Part shown: positions 1-9,451 of the stretch, one piece after another
Layout of the letters: every line of letters starts with the position of its first letter
How positions within the stretch are numbered: the stretch's first letter is position 1
Source: Bacteroidales bacterium
Lineage (GTDB): Bacteria; Bacteroidota; Bacteroidia; Bacteroidales; CAIWKO01
Assembly (NCBI GenBank): GCA_035389045.1
Contig: DAOORA010000006.1
Location: 62,001 to 97,746 of the forward strand
Length of the DNA stretch: 35,746 nt
Direction of reading: 5' to 3'
Notes under the pieces: generated by a model
Told to the model about the DNA's origin: nothing
The model's database searches: none
The model's input: only the letters and a program-made list of their open reading frames with translations
Made by a program: the position numbers and the translations under genes

Positions 1-860
1 TGCGACCAGATGCCGGTGACGGTAGCCCTTCCAAATTTCAATTTGGCCTTAATCCCGAAAAGCGACTGACTTCCTGTGATCAGGGTGCTGTTTAATGGCA
101 GGGTTACATCACCACCTTCGATAAGCTGAATGATGTCGTCTTCCTCCCCTTCGTATTTCAGGTTCATTTTATTTTCGAAATCAAAAGAAGACTCGGTGTT
201 GTAATTTACGCCAAATTGTATTTTATCGCCAATTTTGGCGGTAACATTCATCTGGATTTTCTCCTGAAAATCGAAATTTGTGGTGCGGCGCTGTTTGACA
301 TCAAGGGCAGGATTGTTGGTTTTGGTGGAAACAACGCCAAAAATCAGTTCTGCTGATCCTGAAGGCCTGATATCAATAGTGTTGCCACCGAAAATTTTAT
401 TAAAAGCTTTGCCACCGATGTGAATTTTGGGTATAATGTTGCCATCGCCCCTGGAGGTGCGGTTTGCCCTTGTTTTATCGTGCCAGTATTCCCGCAGGGC
501 CTTATCCAGGTCATAATTACGGTATTCTTCCAGCGACATGTAATGGGGCTGGCGGTAATTTAAGTTTCCGATGGTATTTCTTAAAATGTACTCATTGGTT
601 TCGGGATTATATTCGACGCCTGTGCTTACATTTGAGGGATTATTCAGGTACAGGCCGCCGTTTTGCTGGTTATCGTAGGGATTCCCGTTATTATCTATGA
701 AAGGATAATGCAGTTCGGGAGGGTTGGTGTCCGGGGGATGAATGTATTTGTCTTTTATAAATTTATAATCAGGTTCAGTACTGATACCACCTGCAATGGC
801 AATCGACAAAATAAACGCTGCGGCGAAAATCTGAATTATGTATCTGGCCGGTTTCAACAA
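1..860 (-). CDS. sprA: T9SS outer-membrane translocon SprA/Sov, 5' part (continues off the left edge)
   Basis: Not in the ORF track. Manual minus-strand translation from TTG at 860 (or 857) gives a signal-peptide-like N-terminus, then IFGGNTIDIRPSGSAELIFG...NFDFQEKIQMNVTAKIGDKIQFGVNYNTESSFDFENKMNLKYEGEEDDIIQLIEGGDVTLPLNSTLITGSQSLFGIK, typical of the SprA N-terminal region. ruvA-sprA adjacency is common in Bacteroidota. Confidence 0.92.
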   Translation of the reverse strand, partial: MLKPARYIIQIFAAAFILSIAIAGGISTEPDYKFIKDKYIHPPDTNPPELHYPFIDNNGNPYDNQQNGGLYLNNPSNVSTGVEYNPETNEYILRNTIGNLNYRQPHYMSLEEYRNYDLDKALREYWHDKTRANRTSRGDGNIIPKIHIGGKAFNKIFGGNTIDIRPSGSAELIFGVVSTKTNNPALDVKQRRTTNFDFQEKIQMNVTAKIGDKIQFGVNYNTESSFDFENKMNLKYEGEEDDIIQLIEGGDVTLPLNSTLITGSQSLFGIKAKLKFGRATVTGIWS

Positions 861-887
861 ATAATGATTTTGTAAATATTCAACTTG

Positions 888-1490
888 TTATAAAATTTTC
901 AGGGCACTTTTAATTAATTGTTCCACAGTATTGATCGACGGCTCTGATTTTATTATTTTATCAATAGCTTTTTCGGCAATGTTCTTGTTAAACCCCAACA
1001 TTACCAGTCCTGATAATGCTTCCTGTTTGTTTGCATGGTACCCGCCTGAAATCGCATCCTGTTGAAACGCAATTTTTGTATATTTATTTTTCAGTTCTAT
1101 GATAATTTTTTGCGCTGTTTTCGATCCGATACCTTTTACCCGTTCAAAAGCGGTTACCTGAGCGTTTGCCAGAGCAAAAATAACTTCATCGGATGACAGG
1201 GAAGAAAGTATGAGCCTTGCTGTATTGGCGCCCACTCCATTGACGGAGATCAGGTTTATATACAAATCGCGTTCTTCGGCCGTAAAAAACCCATAGAGAG
1301 TAATGCCAACCGGTGTAGCTGCTTCATTTTTTACAGCCATATAGGTCAGTAGCCGGCATTTTGTCCCTTCATCACCCAGCTTTGAATAGGTGTTTAAGGA
1401 AATATGCATAAAATAGCCTATTCCGCCGGTTTCAATAACGGCATAGGCAGGATTCTTTTCGACAAGTGTTCCTTCGACAAAAGATATCAT
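888..1490 (-). CDS. ruvA: Holliday junction branch migration protein RuvA
   Basis: 200 aa with an OB-fold start, LYGF motif, HhH motifs (LISVNGVGANTA, VKGIGSKTAQKIIIEL) and C-terminal EALSGLVMLGF...EQLIKSALK. Confidence 0.97.
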   Translation of the reverse strand: MISFVEGTLVEKNPAYAVIETGGIGYFMHISLNTYSKLGDEGTKCRLLTYMAVKNEAATPVGITLYGFFTAEERDLYINLISVNGVGANTARLILSSLSSDEVIFALANAQVTAFERVKGIGSKTAQKIIIELKNKYTKIAFQQDAISGGYHANKQEALSGLVMLGFNKNIAEKAIDKIIKSEPSINTVEQLIKSALKIL

Positions 1491-1508
1491 AACCGATTAA
1501 AAAGGGTG

Positions 1509-1516
1509 CAAAGATA
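1509..1516 (-). promoter_or_regulatory. Bacteroidota -7 promoter box (TAnnTTTG) for ruvA-sprA
   Basis: TATCTTTG on the minus strand, 18 nt upstream of the ruvA ATG. Confidence 0.7.
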
Positions 1517-1523
1517 AAAAAGT

Positions 1524-2978
1524 TTATTGAACTTGCTGAATAGCCCAATCAATAGCCTGCTGTATCATTTCCTGCTGGGGTTTCTGGATAAAGTCGTGAT
1601 CGACAAGGGCTTGTGTCATAGCACGGGCTTCCCTGATATCTTTTTCGGCTTTTGCAAAAGCTTCTTCACGGGTGATGTTAATGCGAGCCACACCGTCTTT
1701 GATCGCCTGCATAGCTACATCAGCAGCTTCTTCGGGAAAAACGGATGCTTCGTTCATGTTAGGAACAATATTTTCAGGGCTGATCCCTCTTTTTTCCGCA
1801 TAATCAGCCAGGGAATGTGCGGCAGCAATGGCCATGTTATCGGTAATTTTCCTGGCACGAACCATCAATGCGCCTTTGAGAATCCCCGGAAAACCAATAG
1901 AATTGTTTACCTGATTGGGAAAATCGCCGCGTCCTGTAGCGACGATGTATGCACCGGCTTCTTTAGCGGCATACGGATAAATTTCCGGCACTGGGTTGGC
2001 ACAGGCAAAAACAACAGATTTCGGGGCCATAAGGCTCACCCATTCTTTTTTTATGGTGTCGGGTCCCGGAGTGGATAAAGAGATAAGGACATCGGCACCT
2101 TTCATTGCCTCTTCCATAGTAAGGACTTTGTCCGGGTTTGTATTTTCACAAAGTTCCCACTTGCGGTAAAAACGCGGGTCTTTTTTTATATCTTCCCTGT
2201 CTTTATGCAGCGACCCTTTGGTGTCGAACATGATAATTTTTTTCGGGTCGCCTCCATCGGCAATAATCAGCCGGGCAATGGTAGTATTAGAGGCCCCGGC
2301 GCCGAACAGTACTATTTTTACATCAGAAATTTTCTTAGCGGCAAGTTTGAGGGCGTTGATAAGTCCTGCGAGTGTAACACATGCCGTTCCCTGTGCATCA
2401 TCATGCCAGACCGGAATATCACATTCTTCGCGTAACACATCCAGCACCTTGAAACAATTGGGCTGGGAAATATCCTCAAGGTTTACAGCACCGAAACTAT
2501 GCTGCACCATTTTTACAAACTGTATGATTTTATCCGGATCGTGTTCTCCTTTTTCATTCCGGCTGTCCACACATAAAGCAACGCCATCGCATCCGCCGAG
2601 GTATTTCATAAGGAATGCCTTCCCCTCCATGACACCTAAGCCACCAGAAGGTCCGCAGTCGCCATCGCCAAGCACACGGGTGGAATCGCTCACCACAGCC
2701 ACCAAATTTCCCCGGTTGGTAAGCTGAAAAGAGGTGTCCACATTATCACGGATAGTAGTGGATACTTTTGAAACACCGGGGGTATACCACACATTGAACC
2801 AGTTGAAGCCAATGACAGGCGCCTTGGGAACTGTCTGAATTTTGCCGCCATAATAGTAATGAGCCGTTTCAGCAAGTTTTTTCAAAAATAAGGTTTTGCC
2901 TTTGGCTATTTGTTCCTGTGAGAAATTTTCAGGAAAAGCCTTGTCAAGATTCGACAGATCCAGTTGTATTTTTTCCAT
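1524..2978 (-). CDS. NAD(P)-dependent malic enzyme (stand-alone, no PTA domain)
   Basis: 484 aa; motifs YTPGVS, VMEGKA, VNLEDI, VWHDDAQGT, GAGAS, ATGRGDFPNQVNN. Confidence 0.95.
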   Translation of the reverse strand: MEKIQLDLSNLDKAFPENFSQEQIAKGKTLFLKKLAETAHYYYGGKIQTVPKAPVIGFNWFNVWYTPGVSKVSTTIRDNVDTSFQLTNRGNLVAVVSDSTRVLGDGDCGPSGGLGVMEGKAFLMKYLGGCDGVALCVDSRNEKGEHDPDKIIQFVKMVQHSFGAVNLEDISQPNCFKVLDVLREECDIPVWHDDAQGTACVTLAGLINALKLAAKKISDVKIVLFGAGASNTTIARLIIADGGDPKKIIMFDTKGSLHKDREDIKKDPRFYRKWELCENTNPDKVLTMEEAMKGADVLISLSTPGPDTIKKEWVSLMAPKSVVFACANPVPEIYPYAAKEAGAYIVATGRGDFPNQVNNSIGFPGILKGALMVRARKITDNMAIAAAHSLADYAEKRGISPENIVPNMNEASVFPEEAADVAMQAIKDGVARINITREEAFAKAEKDIREARAMTQALVDHDFIQKPQQEMIQQAIDWAIQQVQ

Positions 2979-3700
2979 AAAATTTTTGTGTTATACATTT
3001 TAATAAAGTGTAAAAGTACATTTTTTCAACTGAAAACATAACAAAAAATTTTTACGGTCAAATCATTTTTTTAAAGTACTGAAACGAATCAATGTTTATC
3101 CTTAAAATGATATATTTATTTGAAAAATAATTTTACTGCGAAAGATTTGGTGCTCAATTCACTTGTGTGTTTTTCCGTCTTCGCAGATATTTAATTTTCG
3201 GAATTACCCTGTCTTAATATAAGCAACATGCATTGTATGATATTATAGTGCTTCTATGTGTAAACCCGTCATAGCGGAATCTGCAGACATGGACTATCTG
3301 GAATTTCTCTTTGGTATTCTTTTTTTGATTTACAAATGACCGGTACAGAGCGCCGTAACCTTTGTAAAAAATAATACGTTTGAAAAATAAGTTACAGCAT
3401 ACCGTAATATGATGCTCCTGATTATGGCCGGGCCTATATGCATTGATTTGTACATCTTGTTTACACATCCGGAAAGACAGGCAATGTTGCCTGGCATTTT
3501 TAGACCCTGCAGACTAAAAAAATTTACGATGAGCACCGTGCCCGAACATCAATTTTTGAAAGTGTATAGCAAATAGTATGTTACGGTGCGCTGCACCTTG
3601 CTTTTTTTATGGTACGGCAATGCTTTCAAATATTTCGGGGCGCTGCCCCTGTTGACATTTATTTTCAATAGCGTGATCGAAGAAAACGCTGTTATTTTTC

Positions 3701-3880
3701 TTAAGGGCACCTCTAACAACTTGAAAATTCTTCGTTCGTCTTCGTTCTTGAAATCCTTGCATTCAGACAGGCTCAGCACTGGCATGTACGCTTAGTACAC
3801 TGCGGTTTTCAGAACTTCGACTGCTTCAAACTTTTTTGTTTTTAGCAGCGCCCGATCAGGATTAATAGAGATGCCCTTAA
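3701..3880. mobile_element. MITE-like non-autonomous element with 15-bp terminal inverted repeats
   Basis: TTAAGGGCACCTCTA (3701-3715) and TAGAGATGCCCTTAA (3866-3880) match 14/15 as inverted repeats. No credible internal ORF. Confidence 0.6.
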
Positions 3881-3972
3881 CTCATAACACCCCATTTTTT
3901 CTAATAACACCTCAAGAAAAGAAATCACCTTTTTACTCGTATAAATTTGTTGTTCATATGAATTTTTTCATG

Positions 3973-3980
3973 TATTTTTG
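3973..3980 (+). promoter_or_regulatory. -7 promoter box for the DUF2147-sirtuin pair
   Basis: TATTTTTG, 19 nt upstream of ATG 4000. Confidence 0.55.
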
Positions 3981-3999
3981 TTTGAAATCCATAAAATGA

Positions 4000-4488
4000 A
4001 TGGCATCTATCAACACAAAGAATGGCCGTGTTTGTTTATTGTTTGCGGTTGTTTTTAGTATTTATATAACCAATGCAAATATATTGGCCGCTCAGAATCT
4101 TCAACATGCTGATGCGCTGTGCGGAGAATGGTGGACACCCGAAAACCAGGGGCGGATTATTTTTTTTAAAAACGGCACTACATATTCCGGCAAGGTCAGC
4201 TGGATCAAAAAAAACATCGACCCCGAGACCGGCAAGCCGATGTCAGACAAGCACAATCCCGATCCTGCCCTACGCAACAGACCAATACAAGGCCTGGTGC
4301 TTTTTTACAATTTCACATACAACGCATCAAAGGGAAAATACACCGACGGAAAACTTTATGATTCTGATACGGGGAATACGTATTCATGCTGGATAAAACT
4401 AATTGACAAAAATGTTCTTGAATTGCATGGATATGTGGGTTTTTCACTCATTGGAAAGTCCGTATATTTCACCCGCTTTCAGAAATAA
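4000..4488 (+). CDS. DUF2147 domain-containing exported protein
   Basis: Signal-peptide-like N-terminus; GEWWT, YSGKVSW, DKHNPDPALRNRPIQGL, GKLYD..GNTY, LELHGYVGFSLIG motifs. Confidence 0.88.
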   Translation: MASINTKNGRVCLLFAVVFSIYITNANILAAQNLQHADALCGEWWTPENQGRIIFFKNGTTYSGKVSWIKKNIDPETGKPMSDKHNPDPALRNRPIQGLVLFYNFTYNASKGKYTDGKLYDSDTGNTYSCWIKLIDKNVLELHGYVGFSLIGKSVYFTRFQK

Positions 4489-4497
4489 GAAAAAACC

Positions 4498-5184
4498 ATG
4501 AAAACAATAGTAGTTCTTACGGGCGCGGGTATAAGCGCCGAAAGCGGAATAAAAACCTTCCGCGACAGCGACGGGCTCTGGGAAGAACACCGGGTTGAAG
4601 ATGTTGCTACCTTCGGTGCCTGGAAAAAAAACCAGGCACTAGTCCTGGACTTTTATAACCAGCGCCGACGGCAGCTTGCCGACGTTCAGCCCAATGCAGC
4701 CCATATCGCACTGGCCCGGCTTGAACCCCAATATATTGTTGAGATCATCACACAAAATGTAGACAACCTTCATGAGCGTGCCGGGTCAAGCAGAATACTG
4801 CATCTTCACGGCGAACTTAGCAAGGCCCGCAGCACTTGTGATGAACATTTAATATATGATATCGGATACCGTGATATCAAACAGGGTGACAAATGTGAAA
4901 AGGGTTCGCAGTTGCGCCCGCATATTGTTTGGTTCGGAGAACCTGTACCCAACATCATTACGGCAACGGAACTTGTACAACATGCCGACATACTGCTGGT
5001 GATCGGCACCTCGTTGGTAGTATATCCGGCAGCCGGATTAGTGAATTTTGCCCCTGCTGATGTTCCGAAGTATTATATTGATCCTAATGCCACAAATTCA
5101 GGGTATTTCAGGAATCTTACCGTAATAAAAGAAAAGGCAGGCGTAGCCGTACCGGCATTAGTGGAAGAGCTTCTGATGAAATAG
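4498..5184 (+). CDS. cobB: NAD-dependent protein deacylase (Sir2/CobB, class III)
   Basis: GAGISAESGIKTFR, TQNVDNLHERAG, LHGEL, RPHIVWFGE, GTSLVVYPAAGL. YNQR fits the YxxR desuccinylase signature. Confidence 0.95.
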   Translation: MKTIVVLTGAGISAESGIKTFRDSDGLWEEHRVEDVATFGAWKKNQALVLDFYNQRRRQLADVQPNAAHIALARLEPQYIVEIITQNVDNLHERAGSSRILHLHGELSKARSTCDEHLIYDIGYRDIKQGDKCEKGSQLRPHIVWFGEPVPNIITATELVQHADILLVIGTSLVVYPAAGLVNFAPADVPKYYIDPNATNSGYFRNLTVIKEKAGVAVPALVEELLMK

Positions 5185-5190
5185 TGCTGG

Positions 5191-5727
5191 TCAGATTGAT
5201 TTTCCCATATCATACGCCTGTTTCATGGCATTGCTTTTCTTTATATCCCCTATTTCCCATGCGCCTGTGCCATAGATAATACCTTTTTCCGCGGGCTTGT
5301 TCAGACAGGAAGTGAACCCCCTGAATTCTTCAATAGTACGCTCCAGCGCCTTTTTGTTCCGGGTGGCAGCCGTAACGATAAAATAAAACTCCTTATCGCG
5401 GATTTCGGTGTAACGGGCAACGGTACGGTCAATCAGGGTTTTCATCTGTCCGCACATTGTATAAAAATAAACCGGGGTGGCCATCACTATCACATCTGCA
5501 TCCACTAACTTCTTTAGCACTCCGCCCATATCATCTTTCTGAGGGCAATCATTACCGTTAAAGCATACGCCGCAACCAGAACAGTAATTGATTTTTTTAT
5601 GTTTCAGAAAAATTTTTTCGGTTTTATGTCCGGCATCCCTTGCCCCCTCAGCAAACCGGTCACAAAGCAGATCAGAGTTTCCTCCCTGACGGGGACTGGA
5701 TGAGAGTATCAATACTTTTTTATTCAT
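5191..5727 (-). CDS. Flavodoxin family / iron-sulfur flavoprotein (NADPH-dependent FMN reductase-like)
   Basis: SSSPRQGGNS FMN loop, CSGCGVC..C cysteine cluster, ATPVYF...MKTLIDR. Confidence 0.9.
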   Translation of the reverse strand: MNKKVLILSSSPRQGGNSDLLCDRFAEGARDAGHKTEKIFLKHKKINYCSGCGVCFNGNDCPQKDDMGGVLKKLVDADVIVMATPVYFYTMCGQMKTLIDRTVARYTEIRDKEFYFIVTAATRNKKALERTIEEFRGFTSCLNKPAEKGIIYGTGAWEIGDIKKSNAMKQAYDMGKSI

Positions 5728-6057
5728 TTTTTTCGTTTTTTTTAAGACATTAAGTTATTCATAAAAGACAAACCAAAATAATTGAAAGTAAGGATTAAAC
5801 TTAATATTTCAATATAAGAAATATTTTAGAACACAATTTTCATATAGAATTCAGAAAACTTTTATTGTCGCAATGTTTTCATTACGTAAAAAAACAATTA
5901 AAAAAAAAGGCAGCGAGTCTTAACAACTTCCATTTGAGCAACCAATTTAAATCCATGCCCAACCCAGTATTTCATGTAGGGCATTGCAACCAGCCTGTTT
6001 TTATTCCCGTTTCTGTATTTATTTAAAATAGTCATTCACAACAAATTATCATCAGTA

Positions 6058-6726
6058 TTATTTATCATTTCTGGAGATTATACATTCAATTACCGGATTA
6101 TTAAACTTATTACATTCGTTTATTCTTAATGTGTAATTGGTGATGTTGTTATCTTTCAAAAATGCAATCAGGGCTTCCTCACTGATCGGAAATAGTACTT
6201 TTTTACTTTTAATGGTATAAAACGTATAGTAGATTATACCTTTTTTTGCTATTTTTTTCATGAATAACGACATCACTTCCTTGAAATACGGACTGTTTTC
6301 AATAACCCCTGTATCGTAGTGAAGTGGCATTACGTTACAATGAACAAAATCGATACTTTCGTTCTGGATATTTGATTTTAACAGGTCCGTTAATTCTCCC
6401 AATAAAAATTCAATATCATAGAATCTGTATCGTTTTTCAGCATATTTATACATTGTTTCACTTTGGTCGATCCCAATAATACTATTCCTTTCGGAAAACA
6501 GATAGAAACTTTTGTACCCCGTATAAAAACCAATATCCAGTATCTTTTTATTCTTAAGTTTAAATTCCCGGGCTATTTTGTGTATTTCTTTATTCGCTTC
6601 TTTATGAGGAAAATTATGAAACAAATAAATCAAAAAATCATAGACGTAATGAAAAGGGGTAATTTCAGGTAATTTGTAGGCATTATAATTATTTTTTTGA
6701 CTTTCAATAAATTCATTAGCATTCAT
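6058..6726 (-). CDS. Class I SAM-dependent methyltransferase
   Basis: 222 aa; motif I ILDIGFYTG, IIGIDQS, ESIDFV, KKGIIY. Visibly AT-rich. Confidence 0.75.
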   Translation of the reverse strand: MNANEFIESQKNNYNAYKLPEITPFHYVYDFLIYLFHNFPHKEANKEIHKIAREFKLKNKKILDIGFYTGYKSFYLFSERNSIIGIDQSETMYKYAEKRYRFYDIEFLLGELTDLLKSNIQNESIDFVHCNVMPLHYDTGVIENSPYFKEVMSLFMKKIAKKGIIYYTFYTIKSKKVLFPISEEALIAFLKDNNITNYTLRINECNKFNNPVIECIISRNDK

Positions 6727-6950
6727 TTTTATCTCTTTAAAGTTTATACTATTTTTTTTTACTTTTTATGTTGTGCGTTTTTTGTATTCATTTTGTTCGA
6801 GTAAACTGACTTTGCATATATTCAGATAACACAATGATGTTTGCTTTTTTTCATAACACAAATCCCGTGCTGTGATACGTCCACTGAAACCGGCATTCTG
6901 CCGAATGACAGTCGCAGATCAGCCATTGTATGGCCTTTATATTCATACCA

Positions 6951-7835
6951 TCATTCGTCGCAGATCATTAATTTTTCCATACCCACAAAGCTAGTACCCT
7001 GAGCGAGCTGAATAATATAAATACCGCTTATTAATTTATCGCGTTCCAGGGCGAAAGAGTTGCCTGTAATACCTTTTATTTTTCTTACTTGTTGTCCTAC
7101 CGTGTTATAAATAGTTATTTCAGCATTTTCCAACAGAACACCAGTATGTATGATCGCCCGTGAATAAAAGGGATTGGGATAAATCTCAATTGTTTTATTA
7201 TTAATTTCACTTATGGAATACGTGTAATAACAATCCGGGGCTATTCCAAAATTAACCTGCCCGATCACGGTGTCTTCATAACATCGCAAACCAGTATAAT
7301 ACAGGCCGTCTACAGCTATCCCATAACAATGACCATTAATGTCCGGATTAGGCGCTTTTAAATGCCCTGCAATCTGCAATACTTTACCGTTAAAAGCATA
7401 GTCTTCTGATGAAAGATACAGCGCTTTCAGCGGAATTCCGTTAATCGTATCCATTCCTGTCGAATCAACGGTGATCAGCAGGTCGCAGGAGTCTGTTTTC
7501 ATTATCCATGATTCGCCGGCTGTTTTATTGAAATCGTAAAGGACGGTGAATTGGTTGAAATAAGTGTTGAATAAAAACACCTTGTTGCTGTCCTGGTATG
7601 TAATAAGTTTGTCCGAAAAATCGCTGTCGGCAAGTGGTCCGTATTTTTTAAGCAATTTGCAGTTCTGACCACCCACCATCGTGTCTTTTACCGATATCCA
7701 TTGATGATACCCGAACAGGGGTGTAAAAGCCACGCCGTACCCAAATGTCCAGGTTGCGCCTATAGGAGCCCAGGTTTGAGCAGTTGAAACCACAGCCACT
7801 GACATAAAAAGTACGATAATAAAATTCTGTTTCAT
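6951..7835 (-). CDS. T9SS type A sorting domain-containing secreted protein
   Basis: Signal peptide plus QTWAPIGATW; LRCYED motif; C-terminal IYPNP...IYNTVGQ...SGIYII...KL sorting domain. Confidence 0.9.
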   Translation of the reverse strand: MKQNFIIVLFMSVAVVSTAQTWAPIGATWTFGYGVAFTPLFGYHQWISVKDTMVGGQNCKLLKKYGPLADSDFSDKLITYQDSNKVFLFNTYFNQFTVLYDFNKTAGESWIMKTDSCDLLITVDSTGMDTINGIPLKALYLSSEDYAFNGKVLQIAGHLKAPNPDINGHCYGIAVDGLYYTGLRCYEDTVIGQVNFGIAPDCYYTYSISEINNKTIEIYPNPFYSRAIIHTGVLLENAEITIYNTVGQQVRKIKGITGNSFALERDKLISGIYIIQLAQGTSFVGMEKLMICDE

Positions 7836-8073
7836 AGTTTATTTTTTTATGCGTCTTCGTTAAAACAGAAAGAATTTTTATCAATAAACAATTGTTTCAT
7901 ACTTGTGTAACCTGGCAAAACAAGCGAGTATTATTTTTTTTCTGTTTTCAGTTTTTTTATTCGTTGCCATCCGGATCAATCCCAGCCACAGTTTCGTAAG
8001 TAAACAGTCAGAAACACTCAACCCGGTCCAGATCCTTTCAAATATGATCTTATAAAATTAAGGATTTTTTAAA

Positions 8074-8655
8074 TTATTTATTATTAAATCTGTTCATCGC
8101 GGTATTCACACCTTCGAGCACAAAGCTGAGGATGGCGTCAACAGCAACAGGTATGCGTTCAAGCATCATTTTTTCTTCTTCTTTGGTCCATCGGCCCAGC
8201 ACATAGTCTACCTGGGTTCCCCTGGCAAAATCATTGCCCACGCCAACCCTCAGCCGGGCAAAATCCTCGGTACCCAGTGTCATGATGATATGGTTCAGTC
8301 CGTTGTGTCCGCCGTCGCCTCCTTTTGACTTCATACGCAGCGTCCCTGTGGTCAGGTCGAGGTCGTCAACCACTACCAGTAAATTTTCAACAGGAATGTT
8401 TTCAGCATTCAGCCAGTATTTTATTGCCTTTCCACTGAGGTTTACATAGGTTGCGGGTTTGAGCAAGACCAGTGTTTTTCCTTTATATCTGGCCTGCGCC
8501 ACCGAGCCGTGCCTGCTGTTTTCAAACTTCACTTTCAATTTGATCGCCAGGGCATCCAGCACCACAAAGCCGGTATTGTGACGGGTATTGGCATACTCCT
8601 CGCCGATATTTCCCAGTCCGGAGATCAGAAATTTCTTTGATTCAGAGGTTATCAT
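8074..8655 (-). CDS. pth: Peptidyl-tRNA hydrolase
   Basis: GLGNIGEEYANTRHNTGF, KPATYVNLSG, GGHNGL, RLRVGVG. Confidence 0.97.
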   Translation of the reverse strand: MITSESKKFLISGLGNIGEEYANTRHNTGFVVLDALAIKLKVKFENSRHGSVAQARYKGKTLVLLKPATYVNLSGKAIKYWLNAENIPVENLLVVVDDLDLTTGTLRMKSKGGDGGHNGLNHIIMTLGTEDFARLRVGVGNDFARGTQVDYVLGRWTKEEEKMMLERIPVAVDAILSFVLEGVNTAMNRFNNK

Positions 8656-8668
8656 ACATGCTTTAAAT

Positions 8669-8705
8669 AAAAAAAGCTGCCGGGAAACAGATTTTCGGCA
8701 GCTTT
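8669..8705 (-). terminator. Rho-independent terminator downstream of rplY
   Basis: Stem AAAGCTGCCG / CGGCAGCTTT followed by a T run on the minus strand. Confidence 0.8.
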
Positions 8706-8723
8706 GATATTTTCCAAAGGGTA

Positions 8724-9416
8724 TTATTTCTTTGCTTTTTCTTTGCCTTTTGCATCACCGGCGGGTGCTTTAGCGCCTGCTGCGGGGGTAGCAGCTGCAC
8801 CTGCTGCGGGGGCTCCGGCACCTGCTGCGGGGGCTCCGGCGGCGGCTTCAGTGCTGGCGGCAACTTCCTCAACAGCCCTGGTGACCGTCACGCCAATAAT
8901 TGTATTATTCTTATTGTCAAGCAGGGTGAATTTTTCGGAAGGGATATCCGCCACTTTAACTCCCTGTCCTATCTCCAGACCATTGATACTTATTTCAATA
9001 AGTTCTGGCATATTTTCAGGTATTGCTTTTATTTTCAGTTTTCTGTATTTCTGCACCACTTTTCCGCCTTTTAACACTCCGGGCGCTGTTCCGGTGATTT
9101 TGACCGGGATGTTCATAATAATCGGTTTGTCAGCTTTAAGTTCCATAAAGTCTGCATGCAAAATATTATCTGTAACCGGATGATATTGAATATCCTGCAA
9201 GATAACATCATACTCTTTTTCATCCAGAGTAAGTTTTACGAAGCAAACTTCCGGTGTAAAGAGTATTTTTTGAAAATTTTTTGCATCCGTGAAAAAATGC
9301 AATTGTTCTTTTCCGCCATAAACCACACATGGAACGCTGCCGTCCCTGCGGATTTTTTTAGCATCTTTTTTCCCTACGTTTCCGCGAAGGAAACCGCTCA
9401 TTGATACTGTTCTCAT
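8724..9416 (-). CDS. rplY: 50S ribosomal protein L25 / general stress protein Ctc
   Basis: VPCVVYGG, QYHPVTDNILHADF, GVLKGG; Ala/Pro/Gly-rich tail; prs-rplY-pth synteny. Confidence 0.97.
   Translation of the reverse strand: MRTVSMSGFLRGNVGKKDAKKIRRDGSVPCVVYGGKEQLHFFTDAKNFQKILFTPEVCFVKLTLDEKEYDVILQDIQYHPVTDNILHADFMELKADKPIIMNIPVKITGTAPGVLKGGKVVQKYRKLKIKAIPENMPELIEISINGLEIGQGVKVADIPSEKFTLLDNKNNTIIGVTVTRAVEEVAASTEAAAGAPAAGAGAPAAGAAATPAAGAKAPAGDAKGKEKAKK
8797..8838. repeat. Exact 21-bp tandem duplication in the rplY 3' tail
   Basis: GCACCTGCTGCGGGGGCTCCG twice (8797-8817, 8818-8838), with a degenerate third copy at 8773-8793. Confidence 0.9.
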
Positions 9417-9451
9417 GATTAAAATTTTTAATTGATTGTTTTATTTGTTAT

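Noticed and set aside
860..890. ruvA-sprA read-through fusion (same frame, single TAA between them)
   Set aside because: A one-in-three coincidence. SprA needs its own N-terminal signal peptide, which follows the TTG start.
6860..6940. Riboswitch upstream of the methyltransferase
   Set aside because: Only two short hairpins; no SAM or other riboswitch consensus recognised.
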